From Gonapodya sp. JEL0774 (lineage: Eukaryota), in contig JADIIX010000034.1 of NCBI GenBank assembly GCA_027604505.1, positions 124,001 through 178,243 of the forward strand: DNA of 54,243 nt, in the 5' to 3' direction. Within the stretch, counting starts at the first letter, position 1. Every line of letters starts with the position of its first letter. Shown piece by piece: positions 1-11,450 of this stretch. The notes under the pieces are model-generated. The model saw nothing but the letters and a program-made list of their open reading frames with translations. It was not told the DNA's origin and did no database searches. The position numbers were made by a program, and so were the translations under genes.

Positions 1-3000
1 TCACGTGTGCTGACACTCACCGAGCAGGAGGATGGCCGCAATTAGCGTGGCTCAGAGAGTTTCCGAAGAACGCGGTGAATCCATTGGGGGTACCGTTGGA
101 TATCAGGTTCGGTTTGACGGGATCCCCCCGAACGAGCACGGTTCAATACTGTATTGTACCACTGGGACACTCCTTCGCAAGATGCACGATAGCACCCGTC
201 GCAAAGGCTCCTCTACTGATTTAAATAATGTGCCACTTGATCCATTTGATAGGCTTACTCATCTTATCATTGACGAGGTGCATGAGCGTGATATTCACAT
301 AGTTGAGTGTTCGGAAATGAGTATTTACAAATACTCACGCTAAACCAATGTGTAATTGGTAGGACTTCCTGCTTCTTGCTGCGAAAAGATCATTGATTGC
401 TCGTCAAGCCTCTGGTCTTCGACCTGTCAAGCTGATTCTGATGGTTAGTCGTGCACTGTCCTCGACCTTCCCAACACTTTCTACATTAAATGCCTTTTAG
501 AGTGCAACAATTCACGCAGACTCATTTGCGCGTTATTTCGCGCAGCTGGGTGGGACGCGGACATCTCCTGGCCCCGTGCCGATAGTTGATGTGCCCGGGA
601 GATTGCACGATGTCCAACGCATTTTCCTTGAGGAAATTGTCCTCAAACTGCGGAAGGAGATCACCGAAAAGGATGCACCACAGCTACATTCAATTGAAAC
701 CACTCGATACATTGAGCGGGAGCGTCGGACAGTAGCGAAGGCTTTGGAGACTATACGCGGATCAACAAAAGCCGAATTTATCACAATGGGAACGCGTGCA
801 TCAACTGGACATTATAGTCAGACACGATGGGCAGCCGCAGAGAGTGAATTCGGCATGGACCACATCCCTTATGGATTGATGGCCACCCTGATCGCTCACG
901 TTTGCGCGACGAGAACAGATCATGGTGCTATTATGGTGTTCTTGCCGGGATGGTAAGAGCTATTAGCTCCTTTTAAGTAGCATCGTTGATGATCTCTGGT
1001 ATTCCGTCGAACCTAAGGGAAGAGATCCGCACACTTCCCCAAATGTTGCATACGGACACTTCTCCCATCATATCTGCGCAACAGTTTTCTGACCCTCGCA
1101 GATATCAATTTCACGTTCTACACTCAGCCGTTCCTGTCCGACAACAGCAAGAGATTGTTGACCCACCACGCTTTGGCACCGTCTTTCGGCGTATTATCCT
1201 TTGCACTAATATTGCCGAGACTTCACTCACTGTTCCTGATGTGACTGTGGTAATTGACTCTGTGAAATGTAAAGAAAAGCGCTACGATCCAAACCGTCGC
1301 ATGTCGGATCTCGTCACCACCTGGTGTTCTCACGCCAATGCCATTCAACGCGCTGGCCGAGCGGGTCGTGTGCGGGACGGACTATACTTTGCTATGGCAT
1401 CGAAAGATCGCTTTGAGAATGTGCTTGCGCCTTATCAGGTGCCTGAAATTGCACGATCGGACTTACAAGAGGTGTGCCTTGGTGTGCGAGCACTTGTACC
1501 CACGACGAACGAGAGAAGATCGGAGTCTGTGGCGGAAGTTCTTAGTGGAGCAATGTTGCCACCAGATACGGCAGCGGTACAGCAGGCAATGAGAGCATTG
1601 AGCGCGATTGGAGCAGTGGACGAGAATGAGAATCTTACCTCTCTCGGTAAGTGCCCGGGTGTTGGCGCAATTGAGCTTTCCTCTTCAACTCACGTAGACG
1701 GACAGGATCTGTTCTCTCTGAGCTCCCGGTTGGACCACCATTAGGACTCATGACAATTCTTGGGGTCGCATTCAAGTGCCTAGATCCCATCCTCACGCTC
1801 GCGACCTCCTGCACTGGTAAAGAAGCATTCTTCTACCCCGCGAACCGCAAACAGCAGGTCACGTCGGCCAAACTACACCGCTGGGCGCGTGGTGAAAGAT
1901 CTGATCCACTTCTGTTCCTCAACGTGTGGGACGAGTGGCGAAGGCGCAAACTGGCAGCAGGGGGAATGAATGCAGTGAGGGGAGGAGGATCGACGGACGA
2001 CTCCGGCGCATCGATTTGGCTCGACCCGATACTCATGCGATTTTTGGAGAATGAATTTCTGTCCAAGACTGGTGTTCTGGCAATTGAACGCTCCCGGCTT
2101 CAACTGTATGGGATGCTCGTGCGTGTTGGCTTCATAGAAGAAAGTTCGAACTGGGAGGGAGGACACGTTTGGAAGAGAGGAGACGGATCTCGAGTGTTGG
2201 GTGGGATTGAGCTCAACGTGAACAGTGGGTGCTTGCCGCTTGTGCGTGCCGTGATGTATGCAGGGAGCGCGGCCAATATTGCTCAGAGAACTCGGCAGAA
2301 AGTTTGGAGGACAAGGTCAGATAATACAGAGATGCACCCATCGAGTGTGAATGTGAGTGTGGTAGAGACAGGTAGACTTGCGCAGGATATGGCTGTAGAA
2401 GTGCGGTGGTTTGCGAGCTGGATATTGTAGTGTGAATTCTGCAGAGGGACCCTGGAACGGATCTCCCGCAGTGGTCTAACACGATGATGATTGTGATTTG
2501 CCCATTCAGCATCCTTACACCGAGAATGTTTTCATAGATCGGGAGCTCTCCCTTCCCGACCAGTCACTCAACACTTTTCCTCACGTCAATAACTCCCGCA
2601 TTAACCCTACCGGTGTGGGTACGTGTTGGCACTTTATGGACAAGCTACGTGTCGGATACGTTAGCTTGGTAGGCACAACGCGACTCGACCCCCTGGACCC
2701 GGTGCTATTCGGTGACTGCGTTCTTCAAACTCTGAGAGAAGCTCAAGAATACGAAGGAAAGATGCCTGGTGAAGGTGGAAGGGGCCTCGGAATCGGATCA
2801 GCGTCCCCAGATCTGACCGTGTTGATTGATGGCTGGATGAGGGTGGGAGATTGGAACACTGACGGGGTCAAAGTAGCTTGGGAGGCAAGAAATGCTATGA
2901 GGGAGTGTCTGAGATTTTTTGTGGAGAGAAGACACGGTTTCGCGAAGAAAGTGAAGAAGCGGGAATCCAGTGAACGAACGGCAGATGATAGATCTGGAAT

Positions 3001-3274
3001 CATTAGAGGTGTTGAATATGCATCCAATTTGAGGCGAGGAGCTAAGCTCCCACACGAGGACTCAGACGATGCACCAGAAGGCATCATTGACGGTGAGGTC
3101 CCGACAACGAGCGCGACATGGGACTCAGCCGCCGCGCAACTTGCGGAGTCAGAATTTGTCCTCGTCGAAGAGGTGCTGAGACTCGTAACAAAGAGCCTTT
3201 CTAATGAATTTGGCTACGGGGAAGGTGTTAGGAGTGTTGAAGGGTGGCAGGAGCAGCAGTCTCGGAAAGCGTAA
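1..3274 (+). CDS. DEAH-box RNA helicase (DHX30/DHX36/DHX57-like), multi-exon, 5' part (Walker A) upstream of window
   Basis: Motifs AAISVAQRVSEE, VGYQVRF, YCTTGTLL, DEVHERD, MSAT (split by an intron), VFLPGW, TNIAETSLT, QRAGRAGR, HA2 region, HPSSVN. GT-AG introns (e.g. 2401-2509) join the ORFs in frame. Stop at 3272-3274. Confidence 0.93.
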
Positions 3275-3768
3275 AAGCACACAGTACAGTATGAAGCAAT
3301 TCGAGGTAATCGGCGAAAATGAGGGTCTACTGAGAGTAATTTTTTTTTGTCACAAGTTCATGGGTATTGTAATTCAATGGACTTGTAGATACGTGTGAGA
3401 AAAGAGTTGCGGTGGGCAATCGGGATCATAAAGCGCAGAGCATCATATGTTCGTATCCAACACGGCAACATCAGTAAGAGTCAAACTGACCTTGTGTTGG
3501 ATGTAATGATGACGATAAGCAATTGTAAGTTGCACGATCTAAATTGTTTTTAGTGACGAGGACACATACAACCGGAAAAGATTGCCACAGATGGAATATT
3601 TGAGGCTTGGTCTCCTAATGCGAGTGTTCGTGCTTTGAGGAACCGTCATCCCGCCCCGATATTTGGCAAACATTTCTTTACCAGTATCTCTGTAGCGGGA
3701 CGGATATCGAACTTGTCGAAACAGCACGAACTACGACTGATGCTACTCATTACATTGTTTTTGTAGCC

Positions 3769-3812
3769 GCAAGCTCATTCCGCTTAGCAAGCTCATTCCG
3801 CTTAGCAAGCTT
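3769..3812. repeat. 18-bp tandem repeat (GCAAGCTCATTCCGCTTA x2.4)
   Basis: Direct copies at 3769-3786 and 3787-3804, partial at 3805-3812, upstream of the F-box gene. Confidence 0.9.
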
Positions 3813-3982
3813 AAGAGCGCACCACCAAGAAATGTGTGGCGGAATCTTCGGTTTTATCGTCTTGAAGCACGATAAATAAATTTGCAGTCGCAGCTGCTGC
3901 TTGTGTTCATAGAGGGCCACAGATTGACCTTGACCATTTAACCACACCAAGAACTAACGCTTGCGAAACTGCGAGCGCCGCG

Positions 3983-5418
3983 ATGCTCGCTCGATCGAAC
4001 CTTCAAACATCCGCTCTTTTCTCGACCGATGCCGTGAACGTGCCCGCGAAGTCTCCTCGTCTCCCTCCAGAAGTTTTGGAGGTGATTTTCGCAAATGTGA
4101 ACTCACCGCTTGAGCTTGTTGCATCGTCTCTTGTTTGCAAAGAATGGCGACATACCGTCTTAGCTGAAGAGAGGTTAGTTGCCGTATTGTTTGACATCTT
4201 GAAGAGATTGCAATCATTGAATCGACTGGCTCCCCAACCTCCCGTGGTGGGAAACGTCTTTCGAACCCACAAGTTTGTGGACCAGCGCCTACACCCGATT
4301 CCTGCTCTCATTACCGTCTGACGTTGCTACCAAGTTCCCAAAGTCGCAATCCCTCCCTCCTTCTCACACTACGAAATGCACTGCACGCGCTCTATCTACC
4401 CTCCTCTTTTCATGGTGGTGTTTTAAATGTGGAAAGGAGCCCGAAATTACGTCGTTAGTGCCCAAGAAGTCCATGACTTCCAAATCACAGCACCAACCTT
4501 CACCATCTCATCAACGACGTCGCCCACGACACCTTCCTGTACCTTGGGGCGGCTCTGGCCTCACCGTGATTGGTTCTCACCTTGTGCCCGGACTACCTCC
4601 TCTGCCCCTTGGTGGCCGCCCGGACTTTGGTCAAGACCAGTACTCTACCACAGTGGTCCTGTGGCCCTTCTTCACCCGCATGTGCCTCTACTGTCTCACC
4701 TTACATACCACAACAATGAGACCTCCTGGATTGTCTGCGGTGCATGGCGTGAAAGCCCGCGCCGTCCGCCGTGGTGGTGTCGGTACTCCAAACTTGGAAT
4801 CCGACACAGTATTCTGCCCAGTGCTCGTAATGCCTCGAGTGGGAGGCAAATTTGGATCTGGTGGTGCATTTAATGATGTGGAGTCTTCCACAACTGCCCC
4901 TTTGGAACTTATGCTTTACCTTCGCGGGGGCAAACGTATTCGGAACTCAGAGGCCTCTTCATCTTCCACCATGAGTAGCTCCAATACAGCATCTTCCCCC
5001 CTCGATGACTCCCTTCCCGCAAACTCTCGCGTCCTACGCCGAGCATTCTTCGCCACCATTGTGGAGGCAGAGAAGTCGTGGGTACAATCCTGCGGAACCA
5101 CCTACTTGCGCGAGACAAACGAGAGGAAAGCGAAACGCGCAGCTGAAGTGGCTGAGGCATTGGCGGGTGAGAGTCGTTCTTCTCGCATAACGGAGATATG
5201 TGTATGGCCGCGCGCGCTGATGGTCATCCACCTTCACTGAGACTCCTGCTGCCCCGCCAGCCTCACGAGCCGCGCATCGCCCTGCTCGGTCGTCGATCCC
5301 ACCACCATCCCCGGAACTACCCATCCGACCGGCGCTGCCTCACAAGTTCGGGCAGGTACCAACGTACATTACTGCTCGAAAGACGCAGGCCGGGCTCAAT
5401 CGAGGGCGGCTCGAGTAA
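3983..5418 (+). CDS. F-box domain protein
   Basis: RLPPEVLEVIFANV..ELVASSLVCKEWR F-box. Intron 4174-4273 gives the typical ..EESLW. A second intron near 5168-5260 leads to a stop at about 5418 (3' end less certain). Confidence 0.75.
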
Positions 5419-5940
5419 GGGAGCCGTCGAGGAATGCTTAATCGCGAAATTCGGCGAAGATACCGGAACATATGCAGAGTTGTAGCACGAGTTCTGCCTT
5501 CTCTCTCAACCACGAGAACTACATACTTGCAACCGAAGACAAAGGCGTTGTGGCAAGCAAACCGCAAGCCTTTATTAATTCCCTATACAATGTTTAGCAG
5601 TCAGAGTAATGGATGTAAGCACATGAAGCTACCGACTGGAACTGTTATTCCTTAAAGTTTATTCCATTCGTTTCTTCAACCCGTACTCGGACGGAAACTT
5701 TGTCTTTCATGTGCGATGAGGTCGGACGGGACGTCAGTTCATTGTATATGTCGGAGCTCTCCAGACACCAAGCCAAAACAGGTGATTGGTCGAGGGAGTC
5801 CGATCGCCGATTGGAAACTTTCATGGAACCCAACAGTTTGCGCAATCCATTCAAGATAAAGAAAGGCAAAACTGGCCTTTAATTGTGCCGCCAGCATCGT
5901 GAACTCTTTCCCTCAAAGTTTCCCGAGTTCCCAAGTTCAA

Positions 5941-6942
5941 ATGGCAGCTGCTTTGACCTACATCCTGTCAATTCCCTCCTGGATCTTTCCAGCAGTACCT
6001 CGAAGCCCATCCTCCCCCGATCCCTCTGATTCCTTGAACGTCTCTGATCACCCGTCACGTTCTTCGCTTGCCACGGCGCTCAAGGATGGTACTCATGAGG
6101 AGCATAAGCGTGCGGAGAGAGCGGTTTTCGTTACAAGTGTTTTGAGAGGGGATGTAGATGTGAGGAAGTGGGCGAGGTTCCTGACGATGTTGGCGTCCGT
6201 GTATCGGTGCGTGATTTGATAGTGCTCGGGGTAGAGAGCTCATCTCTTGCTAACGCAGTCGAATTCTTTCACACTTATTTCTCGTTCTATTTTCTCCTCT
6301 GCTTCTCTCTGTTATCACTATGTTAGCTCGCTAGAAGATGCGCTGGAGCAATTTGCACGTCACCCAGCCGTCTCTCCAATCCACTACCCCCGGGAGCTAT
6401 ATCGGCACCCCTCGATCGTTCGGGACTTGACTACCATTTCCCAGCTCGTTCGCCCTCCTTTGACATCTGATGAGCTGCGGAGTCCCGCTGCGGAGAGGTA
6501 TTCCGAACGAATCGACAGGGCCGCCCGGGAAGGCAAGGTGCATCTATTGGCAGCACATGCCTACGTGCGATATTTGGGAGATTTGAGTGGAGGAAGAATG
6601 ATGGGGGCGAGAGTGAAGAAGGGATTGGTTGGCAAGGCGCTGAGAGAGGCTGGAGAGGACGGAGCGACCGGGTTGGAGTTTTTCGAGTTTTCGGAGGTTG
6701 GAGATGTGAAGATATTTAAGGATTCATTCAGGCGAGGCTTGGACGAGATAGGAAATACGCTGAGCTCAGTGGAGTTTGGTGAGTACCCGATCCTCCTGCG
6801 GTAGTCTCGTCTCTAACATGTTCTAACCGCACTCGGCACTCACCGGCAACACGCAACAGCCGAAACGGTTTGCGAAGCTGAGTTATCTTTCAAGCTCAAT
6901 ACCGACATGTTCGAGGAGCTTTCAGGGGACGCGAGCCTGTGA
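5941..6942 (+). CDS. Heme oxygenase (HO/Hmx1 family), 3 exons
   Basis: LKDGTHEEHKRAE (proximal His), HAYVRYLGDLSGG signature, GLEFFEF, last exon EAELSFKLNTDMFEEL, TGA at 6940-6942. Confidence 0.92.
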
Positions 6943-7623
6943 TATTTAGAAACAGCAGACGGCGACATGTCGTTTGGGAGTTCCATTTGAGCAACGGTCG
7001 AGAGTGATTGTATTGCATTAAACCGTTTATTAGAGGGACCTTGCATATCGTCAGATAATGGTGGAATGCCCATGTTCTATGTACATTATAGAAACATTTT
7101 GCTCATATGCATGCAACAAGGTACATAGTGCGATATGGCCACACAAAGCTTCATGATTACCGGATTGCACGGATGAATGTCTTTGTAATATGCAATACAT
7201 TGCAGGAGCGATCTCTCATGCACTGACTCACGGCAGTGACACACATATATCACTATTTTATTAGCAAATCAATCAACAATTATTAGATATCACGACGTTT
7301 CTCCTCCTTTTGGAAGCTGAGAGGCCGTTCTTTGCTTGGTTGGAACCCGAGAAAAAAGGACAAACCGTGGCCCACTTGCCCCACTTGCCCCTATAAAAGC
7401 ACGCATCCACATCCCCAGTCTCCTTTCACCTTTTGCCTTTGCGTTAATCCAACCGAGACCTCGCACCGGATTAAACGTTTCCCTCCGCTCGCCAAGCTCT
7501 CCATTGTTCACGCCTGCCCGAGTAGCCGGAACTGCTCGTGGTTGTTTCCTTCTTGGAGCACATCGCGCCGCCTCCGCTCCATCACCGCCAATTCTCTCTT
7601 TCTCCAACCCGTATTCCGCCAGT

Positions 7624-8457
7624 ATGGCACTCCAATCTCAGTGGGCCGGTCCCGGCCCCGCTCGCGACAATCCTGCTCAACCGCAGTTGAAACCGCTGCG
7701 CACCAGTAGACAGCTCCACTGGCATTCCCCCGACCGGCTTGTGGAGTTATTCACACTCGAAATCTTGCAAACGCTCGGAGCAGGTGAGTTCCATGGGCTT
7801 GGAATCTGTTTCTTGGAATCCCATGCTCACGTCCGACCACTACAATCTCTGCAATCTCAGCGTTCACATTGATACACCTTTCTGCGTGTGCGGTACTGCA
7901 ATCACAACAAGCAGCCTGTTCTCTATCGTTGCGTATCTGCAACGTGGTTCGGCAGCTGGAACATTCGGCACGAGGAAACCTTCTCGAACAGCAGTTCCGT
8001 TCGGAGCGTTATCATCCAAAGGTGCAAGGAAACTTGCGAAACTTGACTCTCATCGAGACAACGATAGGATCTGAGCGCAACCCAAATTTAATATCTCAAG
8101 CAACTGGTGAGTGTTGACACTGGGAAGCCAAACAACAAAGTATGCTCATACATCTTGCATTCCATGTCTTCAGCGATACCTACCTCTGAGTATTCCGGAT
8201 TTGGGAAGTCGTATTCGTCTTCGTCAGATATCGCGTCCGCGACCATACACGTTGCGAACGGGATCCACGAACCACAAGAGTTGCTTTTCCGAAACGACTC
8301 GGGCAGAAATCGAAGCTCTGAGTACAACTTGCAGACTCAGATATCGACGCAGAAGCGACCTGATTACTTGTTCGCGGATATCGACTTGCATCGCCTGTCT
8401 GGATTGAGCTATCTGGACTTGGTACGAGTTGAATATTGTGATAACCTTCTCACTTAA
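7624..8457 (+). CDS. Hypothetical protein, 3 exons, weak F-box-like N-terminus
   Basis: Two GTGAGT...CAG phase-1 introns join ORFs 7336, 7869 and 8107 in frame. No recognised domain. Confidence 0.4.
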
Positions 8458-8946
8458 TCTGAACGACGAGAAGGTGGGAACTACGGTGAGTATCATTTTC
8501 AGCTGATGTTTTTGTGTTTGTTGTGCATTCTCATCTTAGTATGGACACATATTCCGCCAGCCTCCACCTTCTACGACGTTTGGGCTATTTTTTTGCGAAC
8601 TCCTGCATCTGGCTACTCTTTCCTGGCTCTTTCCATATTGTGCGACTTCCTTTTCCGTTGTCTTGAGTCACCAAGACATCCCCTCTTTTCTTTTGTCTTG
8701 AATCACCAAGACATCCCCACTTCGCACGCATCATCCACCTTCTGATATCTGGACGCATCTCCCATTTGCGTCCAGTTCCGCAAGTCCTCTTCCAACGCCA
8801 TCTTAAGCTTTTGTTCTCCATTCGAGTCGAGGCCCGGTTAGGCTACGACACGTTGCTGGAGCCACCCGCAAGACTTTCTATCCTCTCCAACAAGAAGCTA
8901 TTTCCCCTTTCTCCCACTCCCAAGTCATCTGCTCAAACCCTCTGCA

Positions 8947-9741
8947 ATGGCCAACACCTTCTCCGTTGATTCGTTTGACGACAACTTTGAGTCTTTCCTT
9001 CCCTTCTCCTCACTCTCTTCGAAACCTTCCTCGGACCCTTTTTGCACCTTCGATTCCGCAACCATGTTTGACCTTGAGTCTTTCCTGGCGACCGAGTTTG
9101 AGTACATCCCGGAGGCAGAGGTCAAAATTGAGGAGGAAGTGATGTGCGTGGCACCAGCGGCAGTCTGGCACGAGGTGAAGGAAGAGGAACCGGTCTCGTT
9201 CGCGTCGGCCCTGAACATCGTTGAGCCTTCTCCGGACGATCTTGCGGCGGCTCTGGCTGTCCTTGCCCAGGCCGACCCGGAAACTCTTGCCGCGCTCCTC
9301 GCCTTCCCTCCGTCCCCATCCCCGTCTGCCGATTCTCCGTCTTTTCCCTCGCCCTCCCCTTCGGCACCCGCTTCTCCTCCCCCTGTCGCTGACACTCGCA
9401 CACGGCTGAAAATCAAGAGTGTCGAGGACCTCGTGCAGCGCACATGGCTTTGCCCCACCCCCGGTTGTTCGTGGTCCTTTACGCGCAAACACAACCTCCT
9501 CAACCACATGCGGCTGCACAACACTGACCGCGAGATTTCCGTGTGCGAACACCCTGGGTGCGGCAAGGAATTTTCTCGAAAGTACGACTTGGAACGTCAC
9601 GCGAGGGTTCATCTCGGCGTGAAGCCATTTGCGTGCGGGTGTGGTGCATCGTATTCGAGGAAGGACAAGCTCACACAGCACCTGAAGTCGTGTGATGGTG
9701 TGCCGCGGACGGACGTGAAGGGCAAGAAGGGACGGCGATGA
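8947..9741 (+). CDS. C2H2 zinc-finger transcription factor (intronless)
   Basis: CPTPGC..F..KHNLLNHMRLH, CEHPGCGKEF..YDLERHARVH, GVKPFAC linker, third C2HC-type finger, acidic and Pro/Ser-rich N-terminus. Confidence 0.93.
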   Translation: MANTFSVDSFDDNFESFLPFSSLSSKPSSDPFCTFDSATMFDLESFLATEFEYIPEAEVKIEEEVMCVAPAAVWHEVKEEEPVSFASALNIVEPSPDDLAAALAVLAQADPETLAALLAFPPSPSPSADSPSFPSPSPSAPASPPPVADTRTRLKIKSVEDLVQRTWLCPTPGCSWSFTRKHNLLNHMRLHNTDREISVCEHPGCGKEFSRKYDLERHARVHLGVKPFACGCGASYSRKDKLTQHLKSCDGVPRTDVKGKKGRR

Positions 9742-10377
9742 AGAACTGTGTATGGCACGAGTTCGCACGAAGGAGCCAGTAAGATCCACTCGGAACCCGC
9801 GGGCGGGGACCTCCTTCGGAGGTTGGCTGGAGGGCGGCCGCCGATGTTGGCGAAAGTGTGGGCTGGAGGGCGGCCCGGGGAACATTGTTTTGAAGAAGGC
9901 TAGAAAGTTGTCGTTACTTCTCTTCTTTTAATTTGCTTCTCTGGGAGAGCCCGACTGTTGTACCATATTTTTCTGATCATGCATATAAATCCAAGGTCAA
10001 AACCAATTTGGGGTGCAAGTTTTGAGTTGTTCCAAAAGTCCATGTGATTCGAGTGCGATTTCATCAATCAAACGAAGGCCAGCTCCAGCACAGTTTTTGT
10101 TTTACAACATGTCCCCGAACAAACAATCTAGAATGCCTCCTTCCACAGAATGCGCACGCTCTTCCCGACTCCGCATCAAGGAGAAATTGTAGTCGCGCTT
10201 TGCTTTGGCGACTTCTCTGGTGTACACCTTGGGTCAGGGGGATTGGACTGCCCATGACTCCACCTCCATGCACCCATCTACCGAAGTAAAACGTGAGTAT
10301 CAGAGTGCAGTTGTGATGCTCAATCTCTTCACTTGGGTGAAGATGTCCCTGCAATGGGGCGTGCCTTGATGCCGTGA

Positions 10378-10778
10378 GATATGTGATGATTTCGATCCTT
10401 TGGCTGGAAGACATCCCATGGATTATAACTTCGAACAATGGTTTCGCGACTATATTGAGATTCTGATGCGTGGGCAGGCGGGCGTATTCGTGTGGTTGGA
10501 TCGACAATTTCAATGGACAAAGCTAACACATGTTTTCCCCTTCTGTCCCAACGGTCATCACATCTTTCCAATCTTTCCGACAATCTGAAGTCATACTTCA
10601 ACGATTATTTCAAACGGTCTCTCTGAGGGACGAAGCCTTTGGACAATGTGAGTTTAGTTCGCTAGTACCGGAACCGTGTTGCGATGGGCATGCCTCGGAT
10701 ATACGTGATGATTTCGATCCTTTGGCTGGAAGACATCCCATGGATTAAACTTCGATCAATGGTTTCGCGACTATATTG
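10378..10778. repeat. Diverged direct duplication of about 80 bp (10378-10458 and 10700-10778), probable decayed gene
   Basis: GTGATGATTTCGATCCTTTGGCTGGAAGACATCCCATGGATT...GGTTTCGCGACTATATTG occurs twice. The second copy has a 1-nt deletion creating TAA. Confidence 0.8.
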
Positions 10779-11450
10779 TTTTTCTGAGTCAGGAAGGAAT
10801 GCCGTCTTGTTCCAACTGGATGTGCACCTTTCCCACTTTTGGCGCTCATACATACGCATGCTGAACCGTAGGCTTCCGTCTCTTTTGAGTGGGGTCTCAT
10901 ATTCTTGTCACAGAGCCCCAAAATGGTTCTTTTTGATTTGCATTTCAGGTGGGTCGAATGCAGTCTCTACAGGGAGAAGCTCGAACGAGTGCCCGATAAT
11001 TTGGTACATGACTATTACGCACTGTCAACTTGCCATGCTAAAGCGTACAGAATACGAACACTACTTGATGAAGAGACTTCGTTTGAAACTGCATCACATT
11101 CTTCCAGTCCTCTAGAGCTCCTCAAAAGCGATAATTGACTGCATATCACGAAATGTCAACCGTCTTGAAGTGAAACAGATTTTCAGATTTTTGTCTCTCC
11201 GCTCTGGTTTAAGGTTGTGACAGACCCTCGTACATATTAGGTGGCGCGGCAGTTTACCCGTCCGCGGAAAACGTTGCCTTTGCGAAGACCGAACCTTACT
11301 TGCCAATTCATTCCGACAAGAAGCAAATGCCCACCAGAACGCACTCCAATCCATCTAGAACCAAAGGTTAGGACCAGAATCGTGTGGACGTGGCAGCAAT
11401 GGGGTCGTTTCTGCATGTCATCGCTGACACTCTGCCTCCATCACATCACT

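Noticed and set aside
3983..5485. Programmed frameshifts between overlapping ORFs of the F-box gene (and similarly in other genes)
   Set aside because: Canonical GT-AG introns explain the frame changes
9010..9885. 291-aa and 213-aa minus-strand ORFs
   Set aside because: Antisense shadows of the GC-rich C2H2 gene with no motifs
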